64,000 nucleotides of DNA, from contig NC_057719.1 of the NCBI RefSeq assembly GCF_004010195.1, positions 39,844,872-39,908,871 on the forward strand, read 5' to 3'. The notes under the pieces are model-generated. The model did no database searches. It saw only the letters and a program-made list of their open reading frames with translations, and was not told the origin of the DNA. This DNA is from Chiloscyllium plagiosum. Its lineage: Eukaryota. The stretch's first letter is position 1, and every line of letters starts with the position of its first letter. The translations under genes were made by a program, and so were the position numbers. Shown here one piece after another: positions 49,231 through 62,814 of this stretch.

Positions 49231-51059
49231 ATTCAAGTTGTGTCCAAAGGATTCTAAACAATGAAATTTCATGTTGAATTTAGTTCGGCATATATTTTTC
49301 ACATACCTTGCATTCAGATTGTTGGATCATTTTTAAAAGTACTCAATGCATATTGCAGTAATTGACTGCAGTTACCAAGGCCCTAAGGTCTGGAATTACC
49401 TTACTAAATACATTTCTGCTTCTCTCCCTCTTTTAAACCTCTCCCTAAAAGCTGCCTTCATCTATACTAATTTTTTTAATATGTGGCTCAATGTCCAATT
49501 TTGCCTTATTTTATTCCTGTGGTGTACCTTGGAGTCAAGCAAGTGCAGGTTAGGCTTGGTTGTGAAAGTCCCTAATAACATCCCTGTTGATCAAAACTGA
49601 TGCACAGGATGTGTAGTTCTAAAATGGTGTGCTCTTTTTGAACATCTTTGTAATAATTCATGATATTTGGGGAAGCTGAGACAGCTTCTGCTTTGAATAA
49701 CATTATTTGAAGAGTCATATTAGAAGTGAATATAGAATAACATTCCACAAATAATAGATAATCAAGGGCCCTAAGGGGGCCCAGTAACTATTGCTAGAGA
49801 AAATGTGCAACAGTTTTTGTCAGGAATTTGATATTAGGAAGATTGAGAATAGTTAGAATATCTAGAAATAGCATGAGGTTTGGGGTCCAGGACCTAGGTC
49901 TAGAATTGATTCAGCAATCTCTTTCCTTAAAATACTTTATAGATTATGGTGTAGTATTGGAAGATTAATGGAACTTTTTCTTCTGACCATTTAGCTAAAC
50001 TTAGTACTTGAATATGAAACTAAATAGTGCCAGTAAAATGACTGGATTACCAGATCATTTTAAATAACTTCTTTAAAAGATGGAAATGAATAACTGTGAA
50101 TATTTTATAGGAAATCACTGTTTATTTAATCTAGTTAAGAGCTTGCTGATCACTTAGAAATCTTACTCATGCATGAGAGTTGTTACACATGAAACATTCT
50201 ATTGATAAATTAGACATCTTCTGAAATCAATAATATTATCTCAGGCCTTGGAGCCAAAATATTTCGCCAGTCACTGAATGGTAAGTAGGCTGATATATTA
50301 TTGTTAGCTGGTTCAGATTCCGAAGAGACCTTAGAGGCAGGAAGTAGTGTAGATAATGGTGCTGATTGTGGGTTATTTCCTCATTGATAGTTATCTGCAG
50401 TCCTCCAATGTTCAGCCTGTTAACACAACAGAATGTACTGTTCTGTTACCATGGAAAAGTGAATCTCTAGAGAGTACTTCTTTATAATTTGTGTGTTTTT
50501 GCATAATTCCCTTTATTTACCCCATTTTTTCCATTGGCATTTTCTGTTTCACCAGTGTATGAATTCTAGCACACTTGTCTTTGTTACTGGACTCTGCTCA
50601 CCACGTGCCAGCCATGGTTACTGTGCTCAATCCTCACTTAAAGTATATTGCTAATCCTTTGCTGTAGCTGGGGCAAAATGCTTAAACTCCCTCCCTACCA
50701 GCACAGTAGGCATATACACTTTTATTGTTGACTTCTCAATGACCATTAGAAAGGGCAGTAAGTACTAACCTTGGCAGTTATCTCTATAGCTCATGAATTT
50801 AAAAAAAAGTTTGAAATTGGGATCATTTGTGATATGAAAAGGAGCTTAGAAGTGGTGTTTCCATATGTGTGCTGCCAAATTTCTAAGTGGGCCCTGTAGG
50901 AGATCGCCTTGCTGTCGTCCCTGTGGTGGGATTAAGGCAGGATTGTTTCCAACCGGTGACTCCAGACCACCTCCCACCGTCTGGTGGAGGGGTTGGGAGT
51001 CGGAGGCGATGAACTGGAAGACACAATATTGTTGCCATAAAGACATGCATAGTCAAACG

Positions 51060-51460
51060 GCAGCAGAGAGGCACAGTGCAGGTTTCGTATCCTCTTGTTC
51101 CTCAGAGGACAGGAGTACACGGTGAGCCTCCTACAAGAAACCTACACTCCTCCAGGAGATAAAGCCACATGGCTCCTGCAGTGGCAGGGCATGACCTACA
51201 TCTGTTACCTGGACCCTCATTCTGGTGAGGTGGCTATCTTGTTGGCAGTCTCTTCACCTACAGATCTTCAGGTTCAAGCAGTATGTCCCAGGCTGTTTGC
51301 TCCAACTCTCGGTTTGGTTTTGGGTTGCAATGCTTCACTTTGTGAATGTAGTCACATATCAGCTGGGGCCTGAGCAGATGTGCTTCTTTGAACTCCTCTT
51401 AGCTCTTTTGATGAAGGTTAAATCATTCTCCTTAGGGGAGATTTTAATTGCCCTAAAGGG
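51060..51460 (+). mobile_element. Decayed L1/Tx1-type endonuclease fragment
   Basis: FLRGQEYTVSLLQETYT...W...WQG...SGEVAILL and a downstream LGGDFN-like motif. Confidence 0.6.
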
Positions 51461-51868
51461 ACCCTGAAGATGCCTAGATGAACTCTACATTGTTGGGGAA
51501 GTAGATCCTCCACAAGGAGTAACTGGAGTAAATGTTCAGGACTACTGGTCAATCTGTGACAGATGGCCCCCTGTCAGAGGAGCTCCAGTGCTCAGCTCCT
51601 CTACCTGGGAGTCTATCTTGCCAACTTACTAGCCAGAATTCCTTGGCATGGCAAAGATGGACTCCCAAGATGAAAAAATAGTTGTAATTCTTGCATTTGT
51701 GTTGCCCGTGTTTGATTTATTTTTGTGATTGTAAAACGGTCTTCAGATTTTTGCTAACAAAATACTAATTGTTTTAAATATGCATTTTGAACGCATTGTA
51801 TGTAAAGCCTTCATGTTTCTCTTTTCATGGTCGGATAACACTGTTTAAATGATGTGAATCTTGGTTTA

Positions 51869-52770
51869 TAAAGTTAAAAATCACAACACCAGGTTATTGT
51901 TCAGCAGGTTCATTTGGAAGTACAAGCCATTGGACCACTTCCTTTGACCAGTACCTAGTGGGGCAGGATCATAGGACACAATTTATAATAAAAAATCAAT
52001 ATACCTGTAATGCAAATTCACCCCATAGATGTGTATGTGTGTACTTGATAGTGTGTGTGAGAGTGTGACAGAGTGTATGTCTGAGAGAGAGTGTGTGTGT
52101 GAGAGTGAGTGTAGGCATGTGTCTCAGAGAGAGCGTGTGTATGAGGGTCTGCGTGAGCGTGTGAGAGAGATCATGTATAAGAGTATGTGTGAGAGTTGTG
52201 TATAGTGTGGTGGGGTTCATGTCACACTACAGGTGACTCAAGATCCTGGTTGAGGCCATTCTCGTGGGTACTGAACTTGGCTATTAGCATTTGCAGGTAC
52301 ATTTTATTTTGTTCAAAAAGCGCACAACCTGCAGGCAGTCAGTCCATGTGACATTTTATAAATTCCTACTTTGGAAATAGAACCAGTCTGACTCATGGTT
52401 GGAATACAGACAGACTCTAACCTCATTGTTTGAGCTGAGATGTCACCTTTTTTTAATAAAACCTTAGGTTATCTCAAGAATGTGACTTGAAAGAAGTTCT
52501 GGAATTTACATATTAATGAATCGAAACCTGCAACCCATTCTATGTGATTAAAACTTAACAGCAATCTAGGTTTGTTCAACACATTGCATCAATTAATGAC
52601 ACTTTGATTTTTTTACTATAAATTCTGTCTTCTATGATCCTGCTCCACTCGCTACCTGACGAAGGAGCACTGCCCCGAAATTTGTACTTCCAAATAAACC
52701 TGTTGGACCATAATCTGTTGTTGTGTGATTTTTAATTTTGCCCATCCCAGTCCAACACTGACTCCTCCAC
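51869..52770. mobile_element. Fold-back PLE insertion (family of 34593-35740) with hammerhead motif at 52656-52684
   Basis: 11-bp TSD atcttggttta at 51858-51868 and 52771-52781. Inverted ends aaagttaaaaatcaca / tgtgatttttaatttt. TG-rich tract at 52030-52210. Confidence 0.82.
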
Positions 52771-52920
52771 ATCTTGGTTTACAAAAAAAAAGTGCCAATG
52801 TTACATGTTGTATGGTGGCCAGGATAACTAAATAATTTCAGTGATTCAATCTGATGAGTCAATTTTCAGTACATAAACTACATAAAATTTGCAAGTCAAA
52901 CCCAAGTACTGATTACATTT

Positions 52921-53817
52921 AGGAGAAAGTGAAGACTGCAGATGCTGGAGATGATGTGGTGCTGGTCAGGTAGCATCTGAAGATTGAGGCTTGTGAAACA
53001 AGGGGTGGGGCAATAAATGGGAGGGTGGTGGGGCTGGGAGGAAGGTAGCTGAGATTGCAATGGGTAGATGAAGGTGGGAGTAATGGTGGATAGATCGGAG
53101 AGGAGGGTGGAGCAGCTTGGTGGGAAGGAAGATGGACATATCATGAGGGCGGTGCTGGTTTGGAAGGTTGGATCTGGGATAAGATGGCGGGGGAGGGGAA
53201 ATGAAGAAACTGGTGAAATCCACATTGATGCAGTGTTGTTGGAGGGTCCCAAGGCGGAAGATGAGGTGGTTAAGGTGTGGTGACGGAGGAGACCCAGGAC
53301 GTGAGTGTCTGTGAAGTGGGAGGGGGAGTTGAAGTGTTTGGCCACTGGGCAGTAACCAACCCCACTGTCCCGTGGCCAACCACTTCAACTCCCCCTCCCA
53401 TTCCGCAGACATGCACATCCTGGGCCTCCTCCATGGACACTTGGAGGAAGAACGCCTCATCTTCCGCCTGGGAACCCTCCAACCACACTGTATCAATGTG
53501 GATTTCACCAGGTTCCTCATTTTCCCCCTCACTACCCCACCTTATCCCAGATCCAACTTTACAACCTCGCACTACCCTCATGACCTGTCCTACCTGTCCA
53601 TCTTCCTTAACAACTGTCTGCTCTGACCTATCACTATTAATCCCAGCTTCATCTACCTATCGAGCTCCTAGCTACCATCCCCCCCACCCCCCTCCCATTA
53701 TCTCTCCACCCACTCTCAAGCCCATTTCTGATGAAGGGCTTTTGCCCGAAACGTTGATTCTCCTGCTCTTCGGTTGCTGCCTGACCTGCTGTGCTTTTCC
53801 AGCACCACATTCTCAAC
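52921..53817. mobile_element. Fold-back PLE insertion
   Basis: 14-bp TSD tactgattacattt at 52907-52920 and 53818-53831. Divergent HFNSPSH remnants on both strands meet at about 53350. Confidence 0.88.
53728..53755 (+). ncRNA. Minimal hammerhead ribozyme motif
   Basis: CTGATGA-A-GGGC-TTTT-GCCC-GAAA-CGTT. Confidence 0.78.
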
Positions 53818-54289
53818 TACTGATTACATTTGCCAGGTTGCAGATCAAGCATTTTTTAAAAAACGATTTTTTTCTATTCCTTCAGTTCAGAGATATCGTT
53901 GCACATGTCTGGAGCAGATGGGACTTGAACCCAGCTCTCTCAGGACTAGGGATGCTACCAATGCACCACAATAGGGCCCCTATTTTTGGTGGACCTTAGC
54001 ACTGAACCCTCTCAGACAATTTATGCTTAAATGAGGTAAAGGAGCTTCACTCCTATGTGCTAAAAATTGCTGAGTTTTTCCAAGCACTAGCATTATCTTA
54101 TTTCCAGTTGATGCACTCTTCAAAGCTTTAACTAATCTAATAGTCTGTCAAAGTATCGATTTCTATTTTTAACTTAAATTTCTTTGTTGCTGTCGTATAT
54201 TTTTGTCTCTCTAGCTCTGTCTTGTGGTAATATTAATTATTTATTTTACTTGATAGGAATATTGGCAAACATACCCTCTAAGTACATGG

Positions 54290-54915
54290 CCTCTCAACTC
54301 CTATACTTGGTGTTTTAACCAAAAGAGGAAAGATACCAAATGCCACCTTCATTATCCTATTTACTTGTGACTTTACTTTCAAGGAGCTATCAACCTGCAC
54401 TCCACGGTCTCTTTGTTCAGCAACACTCCACAGGACCTTACCATTAAGTTTATAAATCCTGCCCTAATTTGCCTTTCCAAAATGCAGCACCTCACATTGA
54501 TCTAAATTAAACTCCATCTGCCGCTCCTCGGCCTATTGGCCCATCTGATCAAGATCCCATTGTACTCTGTGGTAACCTTCTTCACTGTCCACTACACCTC
54601 TATTATTGGTGTCATCTGCAAACTTACTAACTATAACTCTTACGTTCACATCTAAATCATTTATATAATTGACAAAAAGCAGTGAACCCGGCATCGATCC
54701 TCGTGATATGCCACTGGTCACAGGCCTCCAGTCTGAAAGGTAATCTTTCACCACCACCACTCTCTGTCTTCTACCTTTGAGACTGCTCTGTATCCAAATG
54801 GCTAGTTCTCCCTGTATTCTAATCTTGCTTACCAGTCTACCATGAGAAACCTTGTTAAACGCCTTACTGAAGTCCATATTGATCACATCCATTGCTTTGC
54901 CCTCATCAATCCTCT
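54290..54915 (-). mobile_element. CR1 RT fragment
   Basis: DVINMDFSKAFNKVSH...SKFADDT. Confidence 0.88.
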
Positions 54916-55129
54916 ACTCAGCAATAAAAATGGAAGCAAAGCAAGTTTGTCTGTGGCAATCATTGTGATACTTCACTAATTTCCACAACAAGTTTTAAAA
55001 AAAAAATGTAGGTATTTTTAAAATGGGATTGTCACTTATCTTTCATACTTGGTGTATTTGCAATTAATATGACTTTCATGTTGAAGTAATTATGGCAGCA
55101 TGTTGAATTCAAGAAAAGCCCCACACATC

Positions 55130-55880
55130 TTTATTTACATCTTGTCCCACAAATCTAAAGCCTTCTCTCCCGTGCCATTTTCCTGGCCAGGCATTCATCT
55201 GCCTTATCCTTCTATTTCTGTAGTTGCTTGCTTGTGATACTGGAAGTAATCCAGAGATTACTACATTTTTGAGGCTTTTCTTGCTAATTTTCTATGTAGC
55301 TCCCTATATTCTGATTGCAGGATCACATTCCCTTCCCACCTATATTATTGATACCAACATTGCTAATGACTGTGGTTGTTATCCCTCCCCAGAAAAATGT
55401 CTTGTAGCTGCTCTGTGAGATCCTTGACCCTGTCAACAGGAAGGCAACATGCAATGCTAAAGTCACAATTACAAACACTGAAATGTCAGCTTGTTCCCTT
55501 AAGTAATGAATCCTCCACTTCTCCTTTGTTCTTCTTCCCCTGCTGTACAGATGAGCTTGCTAGCAGTGCTACAAACATGGCTCTAAAGGCATTCCCCTGA
55601 GGATCCCGTGCTCTAATCAGTTTCTGAAATGGAAAATCAGTTTGTGAGTGGGATGTCAGTGGATCCCTGCATCTTCCTATTTCTCTTGAACTGCCTTCAG
55701 TTGCCTTCTTTCCTCTAAACTCCAAAGCTGCAGTGTGACCACCTCTCTAAACATGCTATCTACTTAACTCTTAGCCTTGCAGATGTGCCACAGTGTTTTT
55801 AATCAATTGAGATTTTGAACTTGTATTTCTTCAGCTGCAAGCACTTGTACTTCCCACATATTACAAGTCACACATTTCTC
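55130..55880 (-). mobile_element. Decayed CR1 ORF1 fragment
   Basis: Resembles 48150-48900 (aggaaggcaacat, ccagagattactac blocks). Confidence 0.6.
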
Positions 55881-56999
55881 TTAAACTGTGCTGCCATGTT
55901 TTGAGTTTAAACTTGATTTTTCTTAATCAGTTTTAAACTTCCTTTATGCTAACTTTAATTCCTTGCCTTACTTTACTTTATTATATTACTTTATTAGATT
56001 GGCCTTGACTTTCACTTGTTCCTGTTGTTTCTCAATTAATCTGCTTTTCCAAAAAACGTTTTTGAAATCACAAACAAATCAATCCGCTACTTCCCTGTGA
56101 TTTCACAACTTGATTTTCTCCCCATAATTATCAGTTCCCTAAAGCTGCAGGTATAAAACCATGCCTCCTGTCTTGCTGCTGGGTTGAAGCTGAAAGATTG
56201 GGTCCCTGATTCTTGGCCTTATATCCTCTCCCTGCTTCCTTTCTTGTTGCTGTGTTTAAGTTAACTAGTTGCCTGGAAGAACAAAATAATAGAAATGCAA
56301 AAGGGTTAAAAAGAGAAGTTTGTATTGGGTGAGAGGTTATGTTCTGTTTTGAGCACATTTAAAAAAAATATAAATTAAGCAAGCTGGTTGCAAAACAATA
56401 TAACTACTTCCAATAATGTTTAGAACCCCTCTAAAATGGCCTCATAAGGTACTCATTTTTATTACAGAAATGTCAAATGAATGAAATTGCCACCACTTTG
56501 AATTAGCCTAGGCTCTGGAAGTGCCAGAGGCAGCCATGTTGATCCTGCAACGTTATCCTTGTTGTCTTTTGGGGCTTAGGCAAAATTGGGACAGCAGATG
56601 GACGACTAGTTGAACAACAGCTTAGCTTAATCGTATTCCTGTTTCCGCACTGTTTAAATGGCCAGAATCTTGGATGTGCCTTAATATTAACACTATGTAT
56701 CTACCTACACAATATGGACTACAGAGGTTCGACAAGGCAGTTCACAGCACCATCTAAAGAACAATTAGTAGTGAGCAATAAATACTCGACTTGGTAAACT
56801 AGGTACTTTGTGTAATTTTTTTAAAAAGATTACATTTGGTTTGCTGGCTAAAAGAGTTTAAACCTCTTGTTAACTGAAAGATCCTTAATGTTGAGTTATG
56901 CTTTTGCGAGAGCGCAACTAAGAAGAGTTCCAAGTTCAAGACTCCAGAATAAAAGCATCATAGAACCATTACAATTCTGAGCAAAGATGTCTACGTCCA

Positions 57000-58350
57000 T
57001 GATGCTGACATTAATTTTCAAATCCTTTCTAGCCACAGGAGAGGTACCAGAGAACTAGAGGACAGCTAATGTGATATCATTAATCATGAAGGATCGTAGG
57101 ATAGACTAGGGAGCTATAATTTCAGCAGTAGAAAATCTTTTGGAAAATTTTCTTAGGGATAGAATTCATCTCTATCTGGAGAGACGAGGATTAATCCATA
57201 ATGGTAAGCATGTCATATTCGATGGTGATAATTTCTGCCAGGTTTGATGGAGTTGTGAGGAGGTAACAAATTGTGTAGATGAAGGTAGTATAATTGATTT
57301 CACATGGACTTTTGATGTGTTTCATGAGAGATTGGTCAAGAAGACATGAGCCCATGGTATCCAGTGCAATTTAGCAAATTGGATGCAAATTGATTTAGTG
57401 GCAAGAGGCAGAGGATGACATATGAAGGTTGTGCTTGTGACTGAAAATCTGTGACCAGTGGCATGCTGCAGGGAATAATGCTGTTTGTGGTGTATATTAA
57501 TAATCTAGAAATGAATGTAGGAGACTTGATCAGTAAATTTGCAGTTTGCATGAAAACTAATGTAGTAACTAGCAAGGAGGAAAGCCTTAGAATACAGAAT
57601 GATATAGGTTGGCTGGTCAAATGGGCAGAATGGTGGCAAATGGAAATTAATCCATAAAAATGGAGATGATGCACTTGAGAGGTCTGATAAGATCCGGAGT
57701 ACATAAGGAATGGTAGGATCCAACGAAGTAGAGAGGATCAGAAGAATCTTGGTGTGCATCTTAATAGATCCTTGATGGCAATGGGATACATGAGTAATGT
57801 GAATGAAGACAAATGGTATACTTGCCTTTATTAAATGAGGGATTGAATACAAAAATTGGGAGATTATGATGGATAAGACATTAGTTAGGCCACATGTGGA
57901 GTGCTATATGCAGTTCTGGTCACCACTCGTTAGGAAAGATGTGAATGCAGTAGAGAGGGTACAGAGAAGATTCACCAGGATGTTACCTCGGTTAGAATGT
58001 TGCATTGAAAGAGGCTGGGGTTGTTCTCTTTTGTGCAGAGAAGGCTGACAGGGGCCTGATTTGAGATGTACACAAGTAAGGGACATAGGCAGGGTAGATA
58101 TAAATAAAATTTTCACTTAATAGAGGAGTAAGTGACCAGGGTGTGTAGATTTAAGGAAAAATGTTTTTGTCCAGAGAGTGGAGGATATAAGGTTGGTAGA
58201 AGGAGGAATTATCACAACATTCAAAAGTATTTAAGTGAACACCTGAAATGCTCTAGCATACAAGGCTACAGAACATATGCTGGAAATTGGGGCTAGAGTG
58301 GACAGGTATTCAATGACTAGCATGAACATGATGCATTGAAGGGCCTCACT
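57000..58350 (+). mobile_element. Old CR1 RT/3' fragment
   Basis: YINNLE...ISKFA and LVRPHVECYMQFWSP...RVQRRFTRMLP. Confidence 0.85.
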
Positions 58351-59139
58351 TGTTGGATTGAGCACAGTTGGGAGAACTTTGAGAAGAGAACCTTGCCAAA
58401 TATAAGTGGAAGGCCCAAAAACAGCTCAACCTTTATACAAACCCTTTGTACAGACCTTGGACAAAGTGGTCAATCCTTTTTTTCGTATTGAGGATGGAAG
58501 TCAGATGAGAAAACAGTTAGGAAGTTTGGTTTAGAAAATAAGTACTTCTTTACTGTACTTTTAATGTAACTGAACAGTTAGTTGTGATGCATTGATTTTT
58601 GTTCAGTAAAGTTATTTTGATTTAAAGTGTTTCACAATACTGGTTCTTTTTATGAGGTTACTATGCCCTTAAGCTTTTTTCAGAGAAGTTCTAATGACCC
58701 AAGATTCCAACTAGGTTGGGTTTGAAAGTTTTATCTGGGGCCCTTTGGTTTACTCTAACAGATAACACCTCCAAACTAAGACTTTCATGTCTTAAAAGAA
58801 ACTAGTATAATCAAAGGGGAGTGGACAGCTAGCTGTGTAGCTGGCTTTCATTTAGATGGAGTTTTTAAATTCAGTTTAGAACTTTAGTGAGTTCAGTTGC
58901 AGCAGGAGATGTGTGATAAATGCTGCTGAGCACTCTCTCTCTCTGACTTCACAAGCTGTAAGCTGTCTGTTTTTACTGTTTGTGCTAAGGGATGAGTGTT
59001 TTGGGACTCTTGCAAGTATTTTTGGAACAGCATCATTAAGTCGTGTTTGGATAGGATAAGTTATCCGGTATTTGGTTTCCTGTTTTTGTGTTTCATTCCG
59101 TAATTTTGTAAATAAATTTTGTTTGTTTAGAACTTGGCA

Positions 59140-59740
59140 GTAGGTAGGATTGTGAAGAGGGCAATTGGTCTGCTTTCCTTTTATTGGTCAGTGCTTTGAG
59201 TATAGGAATTGGGAGGTCATGATGCAGCTGTACAGGACATACTGCATGCAATCCTGGTCTCTCTCTTATAGGAAGAATGTTGTGAAACTTGAAAGGGTTC
59301 AGAAAAGATTTACAAGGATGTTGTCAGGGTTGGAGGGTTTGAGCTGGGAGAGGCTGAATAGGCTGCGGCTGTTTCCCTGGAGTGTTGGAGCCTGAATGGT
59401 TTATAAAATCATGAGGGGCATGGATAGGGTATGCAGACAGTCTTTTCCCTGGGGCTGGGGAGTCCAGAACTAGGTTTAAGATGGGAGGGGAAAGATTTAA
59501 AAGGGATCTGAGGGACAGCTGTTTCTCACAGAGGGCGGTGCATGTGTGGAATGAGCTACCAGGAAGGTGGTGGATGCTGGTACAATTACAGCATTTAAAA
59601 GGTATCTGGATGGGTGCATGAATAGGAAGGGTTTCGAGGGATATGGGCCAAATGGGGCTACATTAATTTAAGATATCTGGTTAGCGTGGGCGAGTTGGGT
59701 CAAAAAGTCTCTTCCTGTGCTGTACAAGTCTATGACTGTA
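59140..59740 (+). mobile_element. CR1 3' fragment
   Basis: FIGQCFEYRNWEVM...LERVQKRFTRML and ctatgact tail. Confidence 0.88.
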
Positions 59741-62273
59741 TGAATTTATCACGAAACAAATGGCATGCACCCAGATAGTGGAGAAATTGCTCTCCTTCCT
59801 AAACACTCTTCATTCAAATGAAGAACCCATTGGTGATTATTAACATCATTTGTTTTCTGATCTTGTTCTACATTTGCCATTTATATCACGTGTGAAACTA
59901 CTTGCAATGTTTATGATAATTGCCAGCAATCACCAAGCTATCACATCGAGCCTTTTAGCTTCTTATGTATCCAGGATGCTATGCGTGATGAAAGTTAAGG
60001 GTAAATAAACCCTGCCGAATTAATCTGTGGTACAGTTTTTAGAGAATCTGGCATTGATTGGAATGCTGATTTAGAATGTGACAATTTATGGATTTCTTGT
60101 GATTGAATTATTTTAACATCATCTCTACAAATGAACTGTTGTTATCTTCCCTTCGGAAAATGAATGAAACCAATCCTGAATATTCAGCTCACTCTCTAGT
60201 CCTGATAATTATTTTCCCTATAGTTATGCATCTATTTCATATCTATACTGTACAATATAGATATGTTCTGATGGTATTATAGGAAGCAATGAAAATCACT
60301 TTTTATATGTAGTCCAGTTCATCTGTTTTAGTTTCTTCAAGAGTGCAGCTGTTACAAAATGAACTTTTACTACATTCTGATGTGCGTGTTATACAATCAA
60401 TCCACATTTCAATGGCCTAATCAAGTGCCACGTTTCCTGCTCTAATAATGAAGCAATTTGAGTTCCCTGTGATATCTGAGGCTTGTTTAGGCTTGGACTT
60501 AGTACTTGTTAAAATACAGATTTGAGACGGCCCTGAGAATCCCTTGTGGACTCAGATCTGTAAAGCCTCTCTCTTGGTTTATCTCAGAAAGTCTGGAATA
60601 AAAGCCTCTTACAAATAGTTTAGTTTAATTTTAGTCATCCCTTTTATTCACTAATAGCAGCACTGTTACAACATTACACTGATAGCTAAACTAACTAGGT
60701 TCTAATAACCGAGGAGAGTAGGGTACCAGCTTTTCAGGTGCCCCAGCAGGCTATTCCAATGTACTGATACAAAAGTTTACAAAACATAGCATGTTCTTAA
60801 TTAGACAGATAACAGTGAAAGACAATAATTCGTAAGGAAGAGAAGTTAATTGACAGATCTGTGTGTGCTTGACTGATCACTTCTACTGGCATTGAGACCA
60901 TCAGGTGGGAAAAACAAATCCAGCTGAGTTGGCATCTGGTGGCGAGATAAGTTCCTATAAAGAAGTACCAGTCTAAATTAAGTGGGAGATGTCATAAGGT
61001 AACCTTGCTCAGCTCGCATGTCTGATATAGTTGTTTTACGAAATGGCTTCTTAGCAAGGAGGGCAAACCTTTGACCATAAAATGGCTTCCCAACCGATTG
61101 TGTCAGAATCTCTTCAATGTTAGGTTTACAAGAATTTTAAGCTGGGAGCAGGTTCCTGCTTTTTATCTTAAGCACAGAATCATTCTGTACCTGAGGCTAA
61201 AATGTTACTGCAAGGTTGTATTTAAAATAATTTATTCGTTTCGAATTAAACATGCCTTCTTTTCAAGTTTCTGATTCAAATTCAAATAAAACATAAGGCC
61301 TGATTGGTTAGAATTGACAGTGGGGCAATCTGTAAGATCTGTAAAAACAGCAAGTAAGTTAAAGCTTTATTAATATTTCCTTTTACAGAGTTTGCATTTC
61401 ATAACCTGTAATGGCTACTCAAAATCATCAAAAAGTCTCAAAATGCAATTAAATTCAATCCAAAGCAGATAAGCGCCGAGTTCATTTTCTACTGGATTCA
61501 ACAGCCTCGGCACTAAAATGGCCTCTCTCTCTTTCTCGGGTCCTTTTGAACTCTCAAGTCAGGGTTTTGTAACAGCATAGATTTCTTTTCTCCCTGTGAC
61601 TGCCCCACTTCCAAGGGGTAATAAGAAACTATTATAATTGGCAGCATTTAACCATTAATTACAAAGTTTTTGATAGTACCGAGTTTCGTTTCAGGGTCAG
61701 AATCAAACACTCATTAATTTCACAAGGGAATGGCTGTGAATGTTATCACCTGGTGTCCTGTTCACACATTCACAGATGCTAAGGCAAATGTTTTTAATTG
61801 TCTTACAGCATCCTATTATCACTTGGTGAGCCCAGGTGTCCCTATCTTTTGCATTTTTTAAGTTCTCTTCCCCCCCCCCCCCCCCCTTTTCTGAGCCTTC
61901 CTGCCTGTCTATTTTATAGTGCAATAAATGTGTTCTATAATTCAGCATTATGTTGTAGTCTAAATGTTTAAAGACAAGTTTTAAGACTATAGACTTTCTC
62001 TCACTCTTCACATTTATTTCGATCCCATAATCCTTTACATTTCATTTTAAATTGTGAAATGACTCTATATGACTGAGAGACCTCCATGGTATTTCAGCAA
62101 TTGCTATGGATTAATTATCGCAAATCGATAATGTCTCCTCCCTGTTATAAAACTTGCATGTCACAAATTTTAGTCACATTCTTCAAATTTATCATTGCAG
62201 ATTGCAAGGTTAATGCGTTAGTTGTTCAGACCATTTTAACATGTTTATTTCTACTTAATCTGTTTTTTTTAGG

Positions 62274-62534
62274 ATGTATGACACCATGTCCACAATGGTG
62301 TATTTAAAGGAAGATAAACTGGAAAAGCTGTCACAAGAAGAGATTATTGGCAAGACAAAGCAAGTGATCCAAGGACTTGAAGCCTTAAAAAATGAGCACA
62401 ACTCTATTTTGCATAGCCTGCTGGAAACCCTGAAATGTCTTAAGAAAGATGATGAGATGAACTTGGTTGAAGAGAAATCCAACATGATCCGCAAGTCTCT
62501 GGAAATGTTAGAACTTGGTCTCAGTGAGGCACAG
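62274..62534 (+). CDS. KLC1: Kinesin light chain 1, first coding exon (gene continues beyond the window)
   Basis: Acceptor ttttttttag|G at 62273, ATG at 62274, donor CAG|gtaaac. 87 aa MYDTMSTMVYLKEDKLEKLSQEEIIGKTKQVIQGLEALKNEHNSIL...LELGLSEAQ, near-identical to the remembered vertebrate KLC1 N-terminus. Syntenic with COA8. Confidence 0.96.
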
Positions 62535-62814
62535 GTAAACACTTCCAAACTTGTACATCAAGCTTTGTTTTGGTAAGGTACTTTGTACTACTCATGTTCT
62601 TGCCAATTTACCTCAACATTAAATGTTTCCATTGGCACTGTGGAGAGGCAACAATGCCTTTGAGAAGACATAATGCTTTACTACTGGTGAAGTACTAAAT
62701 TCCTTCTCTATGCTTAAATGATATTTTTGGAAGTAAGCCAGTTATCTCAAGTGGAAACTAAATCTCAGGTTATTTAATATAATTTTCATTAATTTCCAGC
62801 ATGTTTTAAACCCA

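Noticed and set aside
53277..53999. 240-aa ORF
   Set aside because: It is an off-frame reading across a fold-back PLE insertion.
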